From Candidatus Latescibacterota bacterium (GTDB lineage: Bacteria > Latescibacterota > UBA2968 > UBA8231): a stretch of 64,000 nucleotides of DNA. Positions within the stretch are counted from its first letter, which is position 1; every line of letters begins with the position of its first letter. The notes beneath the pieces were generated by a model. It saw nothing but the letters and a program-made list of their open reading frames with translations, did no database searches and was not told the DNA's origin. Shown here in pieces: positions 1 to 8,188 of this stretch. Made by a program: the position numbers and the translations under genes. The stretch spans positions 1,312,001 through 1,376,000 of the forward strand of contig OZ253462.1 of the NCBI GenBank assembly GCA_965261395.1, given 5' to 3'.

Positions 1-787
1 GCGACAGCCTGTCGCAGAATTAGGAAATGATCGCACGGAACAAGCCAAGGAATTTCTGCGACAGCTTGTCGCAGAAATTCCTTGGGGACACAACATATTG
101 ATTTTAAATAAGATATCTGATTTCGACGCCCGCCTGTACTATCTCCGCGCCACCGCCCAATTCGGCTGGACGCGCAATGTCCTACTCAACCAGATCAAGG
201 CCGGAGCATATCAGCGCTCCTTGGCCGAAGGCAAGACGCATAACTTTCCGAGCACACTGCCCGAACATCTGGCCGAACAGGCGGAAGAAACCCTCAAGAG
301 TTCGTACAATCTCGAATTCCTGGGGATCTCACACGAGGTAAAAGAACGAGAACTTGAGACTCGGCTCATCGAGCAATTGCAGGATTTCATTCTAGAACTG
401 GGCTATGGCTTCTGCTTCGTGGGACGGCAGCATCGCCTGACCTTGGGCGACAAGGAGTATTTCGTTGATCTGCTGTTCTATCACCGCTTTCTAAAGTCGC
501 TGGTTGCCTTTGAACTGAAAGCGGGACCATTCGAGCCAGAATACGCCGGCAAGATGGACTTCTATCTCAACGTGCTCAATGAGAAAGAGCGAGCCAGAGA
601 CGACAACTCTTCCATCGGCATCATCATGTGTGCGGAAAAGGACAACCTCGAAGTGGAGTTTGCGCTCAAGAGCAAAACCAATCCCATCGGTGTGGCCGAA
701 TACCAGTTGCAATCGACTTTGCCGGAGGAATTCAAAGGCAAACTCCCGACATCCCAACAACTGCGGGAAGCGCTGCGCCTATCGTGA
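1..787 (+). CDS. YhcG/DUF1016 family PD-(D/E)XK nuclease-domain protein (5' end outside window)
   Basis: Frame is open from base 2 (RQPVAELG...LRQLVAEIPWGHNILILNKI). Motifs FILELGYGFCFVGRQ, VDLLFYH..L...VAFELK and EYAGKMDFYL are typical of YhcG. Confidence 0.9.
   Translation, partial: RQPVAELGNDRTEQAKEFLRQLVAEIPWGHNILILNKISDFDARLYYLRATAQFGWTRNVLLNQIKAGAYQRSLAEGKTHNFPSTLPEHLAEQAEETLKSSYNLEFLGISHEVKERELETRLIEQLQDFILELGYGFCFVGRQHRLTLGDKEYFVDLLFYHRFLKSLVAFELKAGPFEPEYAGKMDFYLNVLNEKERARDDNSSIGIIMCAEKDNLEVEFALKSKTNPIGVAEYQLQSTLPEEFKGKLPTSQQLREALRLS
45..85. repeat. Perfect 19-bp inverted repeat (3-nt loop) inside the yhcG-like CDS
   Basis: ccaaggaatttctgcgaca (45-63) / tgtcgcagaaattccttgg (67-85); a second near-copy of the core, gcgacagcctgtcgc, is at 1-15. 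Confidence 0.9.
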
Positions 788-827
788 AAAGCCGTAGAGA
801 ATAGACCATGCCGAAACCGACAGGAGT

Positions 828-1472
828 TTGAAAATGTACGACGAATGGAAACCTATCTACTCGGCTTTAGTTACCGACATCATGGACCAACTCGGCTACC
901 GCGATCAGGCCATGACTCCCGATATCCGACCCAGCCGCCCCGACGCCTTCATCGCTGGCCCGGCCCTCACTATCGACGCGTATGCTGATACCGAACCCCA
1001 CCCCGATCCCTACGGTCAAATTTTTGCCGCCTACGATCAAGCTAGCCCCGGCGATGTCTTCGTCATCGCCACCAATGGCGAAGAGCGCTCCGGCCTTTGG
1101 GGCGAGCTTCTCTCCACGGCTGCCCAAGCTCGCGGCGTCGAATCCGTGCTCACCGACGGCTTGGTCCGCGATGTGCGCCAGATGAACGCCATGGGCTACC
1201 ACTGCTTCTGCAAAGGCTATTCGCCGCTCGACTCGGCGGGCCGCATCCTCGCCAAAACGATCAACCAACCGATCACCTGCGGCGGCGTGCAGGTTCACCC
1301 CGGCGATTTTATTCTAGCCGACTACGATGGCGTGGCGGTGATTCCGGCGGCGATCAAAGGCGAAGTCCACAAAAAGGCTATGGAAAAGCTCGCCGGGGAA
1401 AACGTCGTGCGCGATGAACTGGCTGCGGGGCAGTCGCCGAGGGAGGTTTTTGATCGCTACGGGATATTGTGA
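828..1472 (+). CDS. RraA family protein (HMG/CHA aldolase-like)
   Basis: WGELLSTAAQARG...DGLVRD and GGVQVHPGDFILADYDGVAVIP motifs; start may be ATG 834. Confidence 0.85.
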   Translation: MKMYDEWKPIYSALVTDIMDQLGYRDQAMTPDIRPSRPDAFIAGPALTIDAYADTEPHPDPYGQIFAAYDQASPGDVFVIATNGEERSGLWGELLSTAAQARGVESVLTDGLVRDVRQMNAMGYHCFCKGYSPLDSAGRILAKTINQPITCGGVQVHPGDFILADYDGVAVIPAAIKGEVHKKAMEKLAGENVVRDELAAGQSPREVFDRYGIL

Positions 1473-1509
1473 TTGTTGGACGTTCATAGATTTCAGTTTC
1501 ATCCAACAG

Positions 1510-1737
1510 TTATACCTCAGTTAGCTCAGGAACGTGTTCATCCTCATATTTCTCAATCAGCACACCTATGACCTCCATTAATGAGGCTAGGGGGTGATTT
1601 TCGTTCTCGCCTACTACATCAATCAAATCGTCTAGTACAGCCACAAGCTGTTGATATTCGCTCTCTGCATGAGGAACGAACACAACAGGGGTCAGCATGG
1701 GCCATACATCTTGAGCGGTTTGTATTTTTGCTTCCAT
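1510..1737 (-). CDS. HigA-type antitoxin N-terminal domain (no C-terminal HTH)
   Basis: EYQQLVAVLDDLID..GENENHPLASLMEVIGVLIEKYEDEH; lies directly downstream of a HigB-like gene. Confidence 0.75.
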   Translation of the reverse strand: MEAKIQTAQDVWPMLTPVVFVPHAESEYQQLVAVLDDLIDVVGENENHPLASLMEVIGVLIEKYEDEHVPELTEV

Positions 1738-1740
1738 AAT

Positions 1741-2028
1741 TTACTCCTTCCATCTTCCTTTATCATACTCATCATGCGTTAGTACCGCACGAATATAGAT
1801 TTTCTGTCGGTTGTAATGTATTGCCGTGATAAGACGTGCCTTGTTCCCACCAATGTTGAAAACCGTCAATTTTTTTACCTGATCGGCGTGAGGAAATACT
1901 TTTTGCAACTCGACAAATGAACGGAAATCTCCTCGCTTCATTAATTTATACCAATGTCCGAGTGATGCCTTGGTATCAGGATGTTTCTGGGCAAACTCGT
2001 TCAGGCGTTTTCGCGTGATGATATGCAC
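1741..2028 (-). CDS. higB: HigB family toxin (mRNA interferase)
   Basis: MHIITRKRLNEF...FPHADQV..LTVFNIGGNKARLI.AIHY...IYIRAVLTHDEYD. Confidence 0.9.
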   Translation of the reverse strand: MHIITRKRLNEFAQKHPDTKASLGHWYKLMKRGDFRSFVELQKVFPHADQVKKLTVFNIGGNKARLITAIHYNRQKIYIRAVLTHDEYDKGRWKE

Positions 2029-2052
2029 GGAGCATTCCTGCCGATAAGGAGA

Positions 2053-2361
2053 TCAAGATTCTTCGATTTCGGATCGGAATTGTTCGAGTATGTCTTCTCT
2101 CCAACATTCGCGCTCGATTCGTGGCTGTTTGCCCATACCGATTTGTTGGCCGAGTGAGCCAAGTTCGGCAGCGTCACTGGGTTTCCAACCGTTTTCTATT
2201 GCCCACGATTCTATTTCGTTCGACAGTAAAATCTCACCCTCTCTATGAAGTCGCACGAACATCTCTTTGGCAGCATTCATATCGTTTGGATGTGCCAATC
2301 CTGTGGAAATATTCGTTCTCGCGGTAATCGCTTCAAGTGCTTTTTCGATGAGCGGGCTCAT
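2053..2361 (-). CDS. DUF1889/YoaC-like small protein
   Basis: MSPLIEKALEAI... and WAIENGW pattern recalled for DUF1889; aggag RBS. Confidence 0.6.
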   Translation of the reverse strand: MSPLIEKALEAITARTNISTGLAHPNDMNAAKEMFVRLHREGEILLSNEIESWAIENGWKPSDAAELGSLGQQIGMGKQPRIERECWREDILEQFRSEIEES

Positions 2362-2378
2362 TGCTGTCTCCTAATCGT

Positions 2379-3506
2379 CTAATGCTGGCCATCACCAGTA
2401 GCCCATACCTCAGAAACTTGACGGACACCTGCTTCATTCAGCAGCAATCGATCACCCTCCAGCATTCCGATTGGTTCTTTCGCTATGCCGGGCATAGGCA
2501 TGACGGTCTCATGCTGAAAGACGTTCAAGTCTTCCCTGTTGATGTACTCTTCGTATACTAGCTTTGGTTCAATTGTTGGAAAGACAGAGTCGAGCATCTT
2601 GCGCATGAGGATAGCGGTGGCGATTGCGGCCACTGGTCCGATGAACGGGCCAAGGAATCCGTTCGCGGAGGCAGCAAAAGTAACCAAGGTATGCACAGCA
2701 GATGCGGAGGCACTGGTCGCAACCGCCTTAGGCACATCAGTCCATGAGTCTCCGGTGAAGATACTGGCGCATGCGCCAATTAGTGTTCCCATTGCCACAG
2801 ATTGGCCGAGTGCTGGGAGGAAGACACTGGCGGGAACTCCCACCACCGGAAGTATTGGATCGACTATCGTCCGATAGGTTGTGGCAATACCGACTCCAAT
2901 CTCTGTCGCTCCTGCGGTTAGGAGAAGAAAATTCGGTGGATACAGACCCAAAGCAATGTCCAATGCCCCGAGTCCGAAATATGTCCCTGCGGCAAGAAAA
3001 GTGTGCGGTATTTTGTCGGAGAATGCGAAAAATACATCCCTTCCCGCACAGGCAAGACTGACACTGCCTCCCAGAATTTTGGGCACATTGATCGTCAGGA
3101 ATTTATTCACAAGCTGCGGCCTCATCCCAAGCTTCACAAGCTGTTCGCCAACGGCCGGCGGTAAGAGTGGGTTGGGTATTCCTTGTTTTGTAAGCGAATC
3201 CATACCCAAGTGATGCAGGAACTCCCCGAATTTTAGTCTCGGGTCCTTTAAGACTTTGTAGCCATTACAAAACAGATGGTGCCCGTGGGTAAGACGGTGA
3301 AAAGGGCCTTTGACTACGCCGCCTAGTGCTGTGGAACCGGTATCCATCCAACGTCCAGTAAATCCCGGAATATGATGTGCATAGTGAAGTTTCGTCAGGG
3401 CCTCCATCGGGTATACTGCATTGACGAGAGCGGGAGAGATCCCGCCAAGACATCTTAACGATATGTCAGTGGTACCAAGACCTGTTGCTGTGAAGAAATT
3501 TGTCAT
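2379..3506 (-). CDS. Hypothetical membrane protein (375 aa) with Gly/Ala-rich hydrophobic helices
   Basis: Long ORF with N-terminal HRLTHGHH motif and several hydrophobic segments; ATGA-coupled to the repaired upstream gene. Confidence 0.7.
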   Translation of the reverse strand: MTNFFTATGLGTTDISLRCLGGISPALVNAVYPMEALTKLHYAHHIPGFTGRWMDTGSTALGGVVKGPFHRLTHGHHLFCNGYKVLKDPRLKFGEFLHHLGMDSLTKQGIPNPLLPPAVGEQLVKLGMRPQLVNKFLTINVPKILGGSVSLACAGRDVFFAFSDKIPHTFLAAGTYFGLGALDIALGLYPPNFLLLTAGATEIGVGIATTYRTIVDPILPVVGVPASVFLPALGQSVAMGTLIGACASIFTGDSWTDVPKAVATSASASAVHTLVTFAASANGFLGPFIGPVAAIATAILMRKMLDSVFPTIEPKLVYEEYINREDLNVFQHETVMPMPGIAKEPIGMLEGDRLLLNEAGVRQVSEVWATGDGQH

Positions 3507-4110
3507 TTCGAGCCTCTATCTGTTAAGATCTTATCACGAGCCAAAATACGAAGCTTTGGAGCAATATCCTCGTCGAATTTGGCTATAAGAGCCTTGCGAA
3601 CGAGCTTGCGCCGATACTTCCTCATACTGATAGCGACACCGACTCCCACACCTGCTCCCACGACGCCCCCCCCCCTGCCGTGACAATACCAGCGGGAGCA
3701 CCAACAGCGCTACCAATGCTAGCAGCAGTGGTGAGAGTAGTGGCCCAAATCCACCAACCCGCTGTTCCCACAGGAATCAATGCAACAAGAATCGCGCCAC
3801 CACCACCTGCGATGATCGAGGAAGCTATCTCAGGTATTCGATCGATAGGAGGTGCCTCAACTACAAACTCCTCTGTATCTGGATTCACCCCCCCATCGCG
3901 AACCTTTGATAGGTAGTCCATAAATTCGTGCTGGAAGATTACAAGTCGCTGGTTGAAGACGGTCAGCATCTTCTCAAGGGCGTCCCTGTCGAGAGGGTCC
4001 GCTTCTTGAAGATTCTTTTGGTACTCGTACTTTACCTTGGCAAGCCCGGCTTCAAACTGCCGGTTCAAGTCGTTTATCAAGTCCTTCGATAGTTCTTGGG
4101 TCATTGGCAA
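3503..4110 (-). pseudogene. Glycine-zipper membrane protein frameshifted at a G10 tract
   Basis: C10 at 3666-3675 (+). With G8 or G11 the frame continues GVVGAGVGVGVAISMRKYRRKLVRK...DRGSK* and its TGA (3505-3503) overlaps the next ATG. Confidence 0.75.
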
Positions 4111-4331
4111 GCTCTTTCTTTGCGAGTTACCTTCAATCTGTTAGCGAGCGCGGTTCCTTCAGAATCTAGCGTAGCTTCGCGACTATAATTTCGCTCTCGA
4201 CTAGGTCGGAAGGGAAAAATCATCCAACGTTGTCTCCCAGAGATACATAAGATAGGAAGTTAGGAGGGTTCAGTCATGGAGCCTTTTCGCATTTCCTAAA
4301 TTTTCTGTTTACTGCACGATTTCAGAGCACC

Positions 4332-4610
4332 CTACACCCTAGCCAGCGCTTGCGCAAAGTCCGCGCACAGATCCTCGGCGGCCTCAATGCCGCACGCCAC
4401 TCGCACCAAGCCGTCGGCTATGCCCATGGCCGCCCGCTCCTCTCGGCTCAAGCCGCTGTGCGATGTGTTGACGGGCCGAGTAATGAGGGTTTCGACCTCG
4501 CCCGCGACGAGGTCCGAATAGCCGTTGAGGTACTTGATTGCGCGGTGTAGCTCTATATCAAACCCGATTTCCAGCGGGTGGAAGTTCCTTTGTGTTCGGT
4601 AGCTACTCAC
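4332..4610 (-). pseudogene. Cys/Met-metabolism PLP enzyme (cystathionine gamma-lyase/synthase family) remnant with internal deletion
   Basis: Degenerate PLP-lysine region PLEIGFDI..H.AIKYLNGYSDLVAG is joined directly to the C-terminal ETLITRP..TSH...GIADGLVRVACGIE. Confidence 0.8.
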
Positions 4611-4735
4611 TAGGTTAAACGCTTTCCAACCTCCGTCCTAGATAGACGGGATTAGGCGGACCAAGACCTTGATTTGCTTGGGTCTGTGTCAGTATTATGG
4701 CTCTCAAAGGGGTCAAGTCATGTTTGCAGCCCTAA

Positions 4736-4942
4736 ATGAAGGAGAGACCTGTGCCCACGCGTTTTACAGCCGTAATAACCAAGAGCGAAGATTTGCCTTT
4801 ATTCGTCGCTCGTTGCCCCCAGGTAGGCACGGTTAGCCAAGGAAAGACTGAGGAGGAAGCATTGAAAAACCTCAAAGAGGCTACCGAGCTGTACTTGGAA
4901 GAGGTCACAGATTCTTCACATCAGACTCTTCACCTTGCCTAG
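4736..4942 (+). CDS. HicB family antitoxin
   Basis: FVARCPQVGTVSQGKTEEEALKNLKEATELYLEE. Confidence 0.85.
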   Translation: MKERPVPTRFTAVITKSEDLPLFVARCPQVGTVSQGKTEEEALKNLKEATELYLEEVTDSSHQTLHLA

Positions 4943-5057
4943 CCTTCCCTCTGGGATCTCAGCTAGAAAAGCCCAGCGTGCTCTCGAGCGCTTGGGCTTT
5001 TATTTTGTCCGGCAGAAGGGCAGCCATATGGTACAGAACGCGCAAGCTACCGGCTGA
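4935..5057 (+). pseudogene. Truncated HicA toxin
   Basis: Not in the ORF track. TTG start gives MPSLPSGISARKAQRALERLGFYFVRQKGSHMV, then homology is lost and a stop follows. Confidence 0.75.
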
Positions 5058-5497
5058 ACAACGCGGAGCGATACCCACCACCTCCCGGTCCCGTCCCCCG
5101 ATCATCCAGAGCAAGGCACAAAGACGCCTTGCTCTTCTAACCCGGGCGACGCAAAAGGACGCGACGCCCTTCCCGAAAAATCTACCACACGCCTTCGCCG
5201 CACGTCCCCGAAGGCTTTGTTTCTACGAACCGAGCTATGATGTGGGTCGAGAGAGAGGCCCGCAAGATATGACCGAATTAGACCACCCCACAAGCCCCCG
5301 GCGTGTGGGGATTTTTCAACAGCCAAAGCATAAAAAAGGCGTTCTCGATTCGATGAGAACCGAGAACGCGATGTGTCAGGCCCGCAGAGCCTCGCAAGGT
5401 TGCGAGGCTTGACTACAGAGGCCCAATGTAAGCATCCGGGCGGGGAGGTCAAGGAAGCACTGGCGCGGCGACCCTCGTCGATTAGTCATGCGGTACT

Positions 5498-5725
5498 TCA
5501 GCGGAGGGGTATCTGTTTCTCTCTTGTATAATAGCTTCCATTGAACGGGATCGTCCCCTTTTCAACTTCAAACTTCAATAGCGCGAGAACACTGTTTCGC
5601 CAATCTGGAGGAAGGGATAATCGTCCTGGTGAATCGAGAAGGGCGTCGTCTCCTTGTTTCCCTTCCTGAGATAAACGCACCATTTCGTAAATCTCATGGC
5701 GACGCCATAACGATCCCTTTTCCAT
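5498..5725 (-). CDS. Small hypothetical protein or gene remnant abutting an IS end
   Basis: 75-aa ORF starting 10 bp from the IS left end; no recognisable motif. Confidence 0.35.
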   Translation of the reverse strand: MEKGSLWRRHEIYEMVRLSQEGKQGDDALLDSPGRLSLPPDWRNSVLALLKFEVEKGTIPFNGSYYTREKQIPLR

Positions 5726-5735
5726 GTTTTCATTA

Positions 5736-6630
5736 GAAGTGGTTTCATAACTTGATAGGGAGTCAGGTTTTTTCTTTTTTTCGGTCTTCTATTTTTTTTG
5801 ACCAGGAGTCCTGCCATGTCCCGCCATAGTTCCGAACTGACGGATACCCAGTGGTCGCCTATTGCTCCGCTGCTGCCGGAACCCCAAGCCTCCGCCAACG
5901 GGGGCCCCCAACCGATTCCCAACCGCCCGGTGTTTGAAGGCATTTTGTGGGTGCTCCGTAGTGGCGCACGCTGGAAAGATCTGCCTGAGCAATACCCCTC
6001 GCCCAGTACGTGCTGGCGTCGGCTGCGGGCTTGGGAAGCCGACGGGATCTGGCTAAAGGCGTGGCGGGCCTTGCTGCGACCACTCGATGCGCAAGGCCAA
6101 CTCGACTGGGCCGAAACCTTCGCCGATGGTAGTTTTGCCCCGGCCAAAAAAGGGGGCCTTGTGTCGGTAAAACCCCCCGTGGAAAGGGTCCGAAGTGGAT
6201 GGTGGTGGTCGACGGCCAAGGTCTTCCTCTGGGAAACTACCTGGACTCGGCGTCCTGTGCAGAAGTCACGTTGATTGAGCCCACGCTGGAGCGGGTGGCG
6301 ATCCCTCGACCCGGCCGCGGTCGGCCGCGGAAAAATCCGCGTCGGTTGATCTACGACAAAGCCGCCGATTCGGATCCGCTACGGACTCGATTGGCGCGAC
6401 GCGGGATTGAGTTGATCGGTCCCCATCGGAAAAATCGAAAGAAACCGCCGACGCAAGATGGACGACCCTTGCGCCGCTACAAGAGACGATGGAAAGTCGA
6501 ACGCACCTTCTCGTGGTGGGGCAATTTTCGACGGCTGGTGGTCCGATGGGAGTATCATATTCAGATGTATCAAGCCTTTGTCAATGTCGCCTGTCTGGTG
6601 ATCGTACTCAGACAGTTATGAAACCGCTTC
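5736..6630 (+). mobile_element. IS5 family element (IS427-like, two-ORF frameshift type)
   Basis: 17-bp IRs gaagtggtttcataact / agttatgaaaccgcttc (1 mismatch), flanked by TA on both sides. Confidence 0.9.
5816..6621 (+). CDS. IS5 transposase, OrfA + OrfB via -1 frameshift
   Basis: LTDTQW...GILWVLRSGARWKDLP; slippery AAAAAAGGGGG at 6146-6156; OrfB is in the -1 frame with DKAADSD and YKRRWKVERTF. Confidence 0.88.
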
Positions 6631-6633
6631 TAA

Positions 6634-7563
6634 GAAGCCGTCTGAAAACCCTCTGATGTAGCCGAATTTGAAAGGGCGTACTCATCGAGCCATATTCAGG
6701 TTTCACCACAAAATCTGAACAGAAAGGCTTGTATAATGAGTACGCCGCGTAGGCAATATGCCACCGATCTAACCGATGGACAATGGCAGCGGATCGAACC
6801 GTTGCTGCCCGCGCCGCGCTGGCGGCTTCACGGTCCGGGTCGGCCGCCGCGGGATCGACGCCAAATCGTCAACGGCCTTTTATATTTGAACAAGACGGGG
6901 TGTCCTTGGGCTTTGTTGCCTGCTTGTTTTGGGCCGTGGAAAACGGGGTATGATTACTTTCGTCGCTGGAGCCTGCAAGGGGTCTGGCCGCCGGTGTTGG
7001 ATCGGTTGACCAAGCGGGAACGCCGCCAGAGCGGCCGGGCGGCGATGCCGTCGGCTGGCTGCGTCGATAGTCAGACGATTAAGACCGCAACGCATGGTAA
7101 AACAACCGGGTATGACGCCGGTAAAAAGATCAAAGGCCGCAAACGGCATTTGTTGGTGGACACGTCGGGTTTGCTTCGACAGGTGGTGGTCACCGCCGCC
7201 GATGTCGATGATCGAGAGGGTTTGAAGCAGGTGTTGACCCGCTTGAAGGCCGCCGGAGTGGCTCGGTTACGCAAGCTGTGGGTTGATGGCGGCTACCAAG
7301 GCGAGGCCATCCGAACGTGGGTGGCCAACCAAAAAAAGACGCACAAAATAGACTTGGAAGTCGTCGCCAAACAAGGCTCCGGATTTACCCTAGTTAAACG
7401 CCGGTGGGTCGTCGAGCGCACCTTGGCGTGGTTGATGAATTTTCGCCGACATGCGAGAGATTATGAGGTCTTGACCCGCCATAGTGAAGCCTTGATCCAG
7501 ATTGCCATGATCCACTTGCTACTTAAACGAATCAAATGAAAATTAGAGTTTTCAGACGGCTTC
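6634..7563 (+). mobile_element. IS5 family element (IS1031-like), inserted directly against the previous IS
   Basis: 16-bp IRs gaagccgtctgaaaac / gttttcagacggcttc; TAA duplication at 6631-6633 and 7564-7566. Confidence 0.93.
6736..7539 (+). CDS. IS5 family transposase
   Basis: YATDLTDGQW, DSQTIKT, GYDAGKKIKGRKRHLLVDT, RRWVVERT. Confidence 0.95.
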   Translation: MSTPRRQYATDLTDGQWQRIEPLLPAPRWRLHGPGRPPRDRRQIVNGLLYLNKTGCPWALLPACFGPWKTGYDYFRRWSLQGVWPPVLDRLTKRERRQSGRAAMPSAGCVDSQTIKTATHGKTTGYDAGKKIKGRKRHLLVDTSGLLRQVVVTAADVDDREGLKQVLTRLKAAGVARLRKLWVDGGYQGEAIRTWVANQKKTHKIDLEVVAKQGSGFTLVKRRWVVERTLAWLMNFRRHARDYEVLTRHSEALIQIAMIHLLLKRIK

Positions 7564-7566
7564 TAA

Positions 7567-7856
7567 GAATCCCGCTGCCTTGACGGCATCATACTGGGCA
7601 GGATCATACAACACCTTTTCGGGTGGACCACCTTCAAGACGGGAGACATCCACGTTGATACCTTTGCCGATCCGCTCGAACATGATCTCCCCTTTGCTCA
7701 ACTTCGTCGTTGATTCGTAACTGTACAGTTCCCCGGTAGGGGAAAGCCCAGAATGAGTGCTATTGCGATTTTACGGAAGTGGAGTATACTGTTTTTGCAC
7801 CGGCAAAAGCGCCGGAGCCGCCTGGCCAGCGAGGGGCGATTCTTTTCTCCCATTTC
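7567..7856 (-). pseudogene. Degenerate duplicate of the 5' part of the GH5 gene
   Basis: Near-identical to 13723-14013; 1-bp deletion near 7731-7735 and truncation by the IS. Confidence 0.85.
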
Positions 7857-8188
7857 AGATATCAGATCTTCCGCGAAAAGCTGGCATAGTAACGAGAATC
7901 CCCTGAGGGATAATAAATCCCACGTTGAAATCAAGAGTTGGGCAGACCATCTGATGAGTTGAGTCGTGACTATTACAGGTCCTGTGTCGTCACTGGCTCT
8001 GCTGAACGATTCCGCTTCCCTCGCGAATCACCAGGACCCGTAGTTGTGAGATACGCGAACTTTGTTTAGTTTGCCGCCGTAGCGGTGTTCTCGGTAGGTA
8101 GCATAGCCGCGGATGTTGAATGGGTTGAGTGGGACGGAGAGATGCCAGAAAACACCGTCCACCCTCCAGAATCCATTGAGGTCTAACT

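Noticed and set aside
2362-2382. TTAGACG before the DUF1889 gene as a cassette core
   Set aside because: No G at the crossover position and no attC-like body or inverse core at the gene end.
6637-6646. Neisseria DNA uptake sequence GCCGTCTGAA at all six IS1031-like ends
   Set aside because: Noticed only inside the IS terminal IRs, not dispersed through the window; most likely coincidence.
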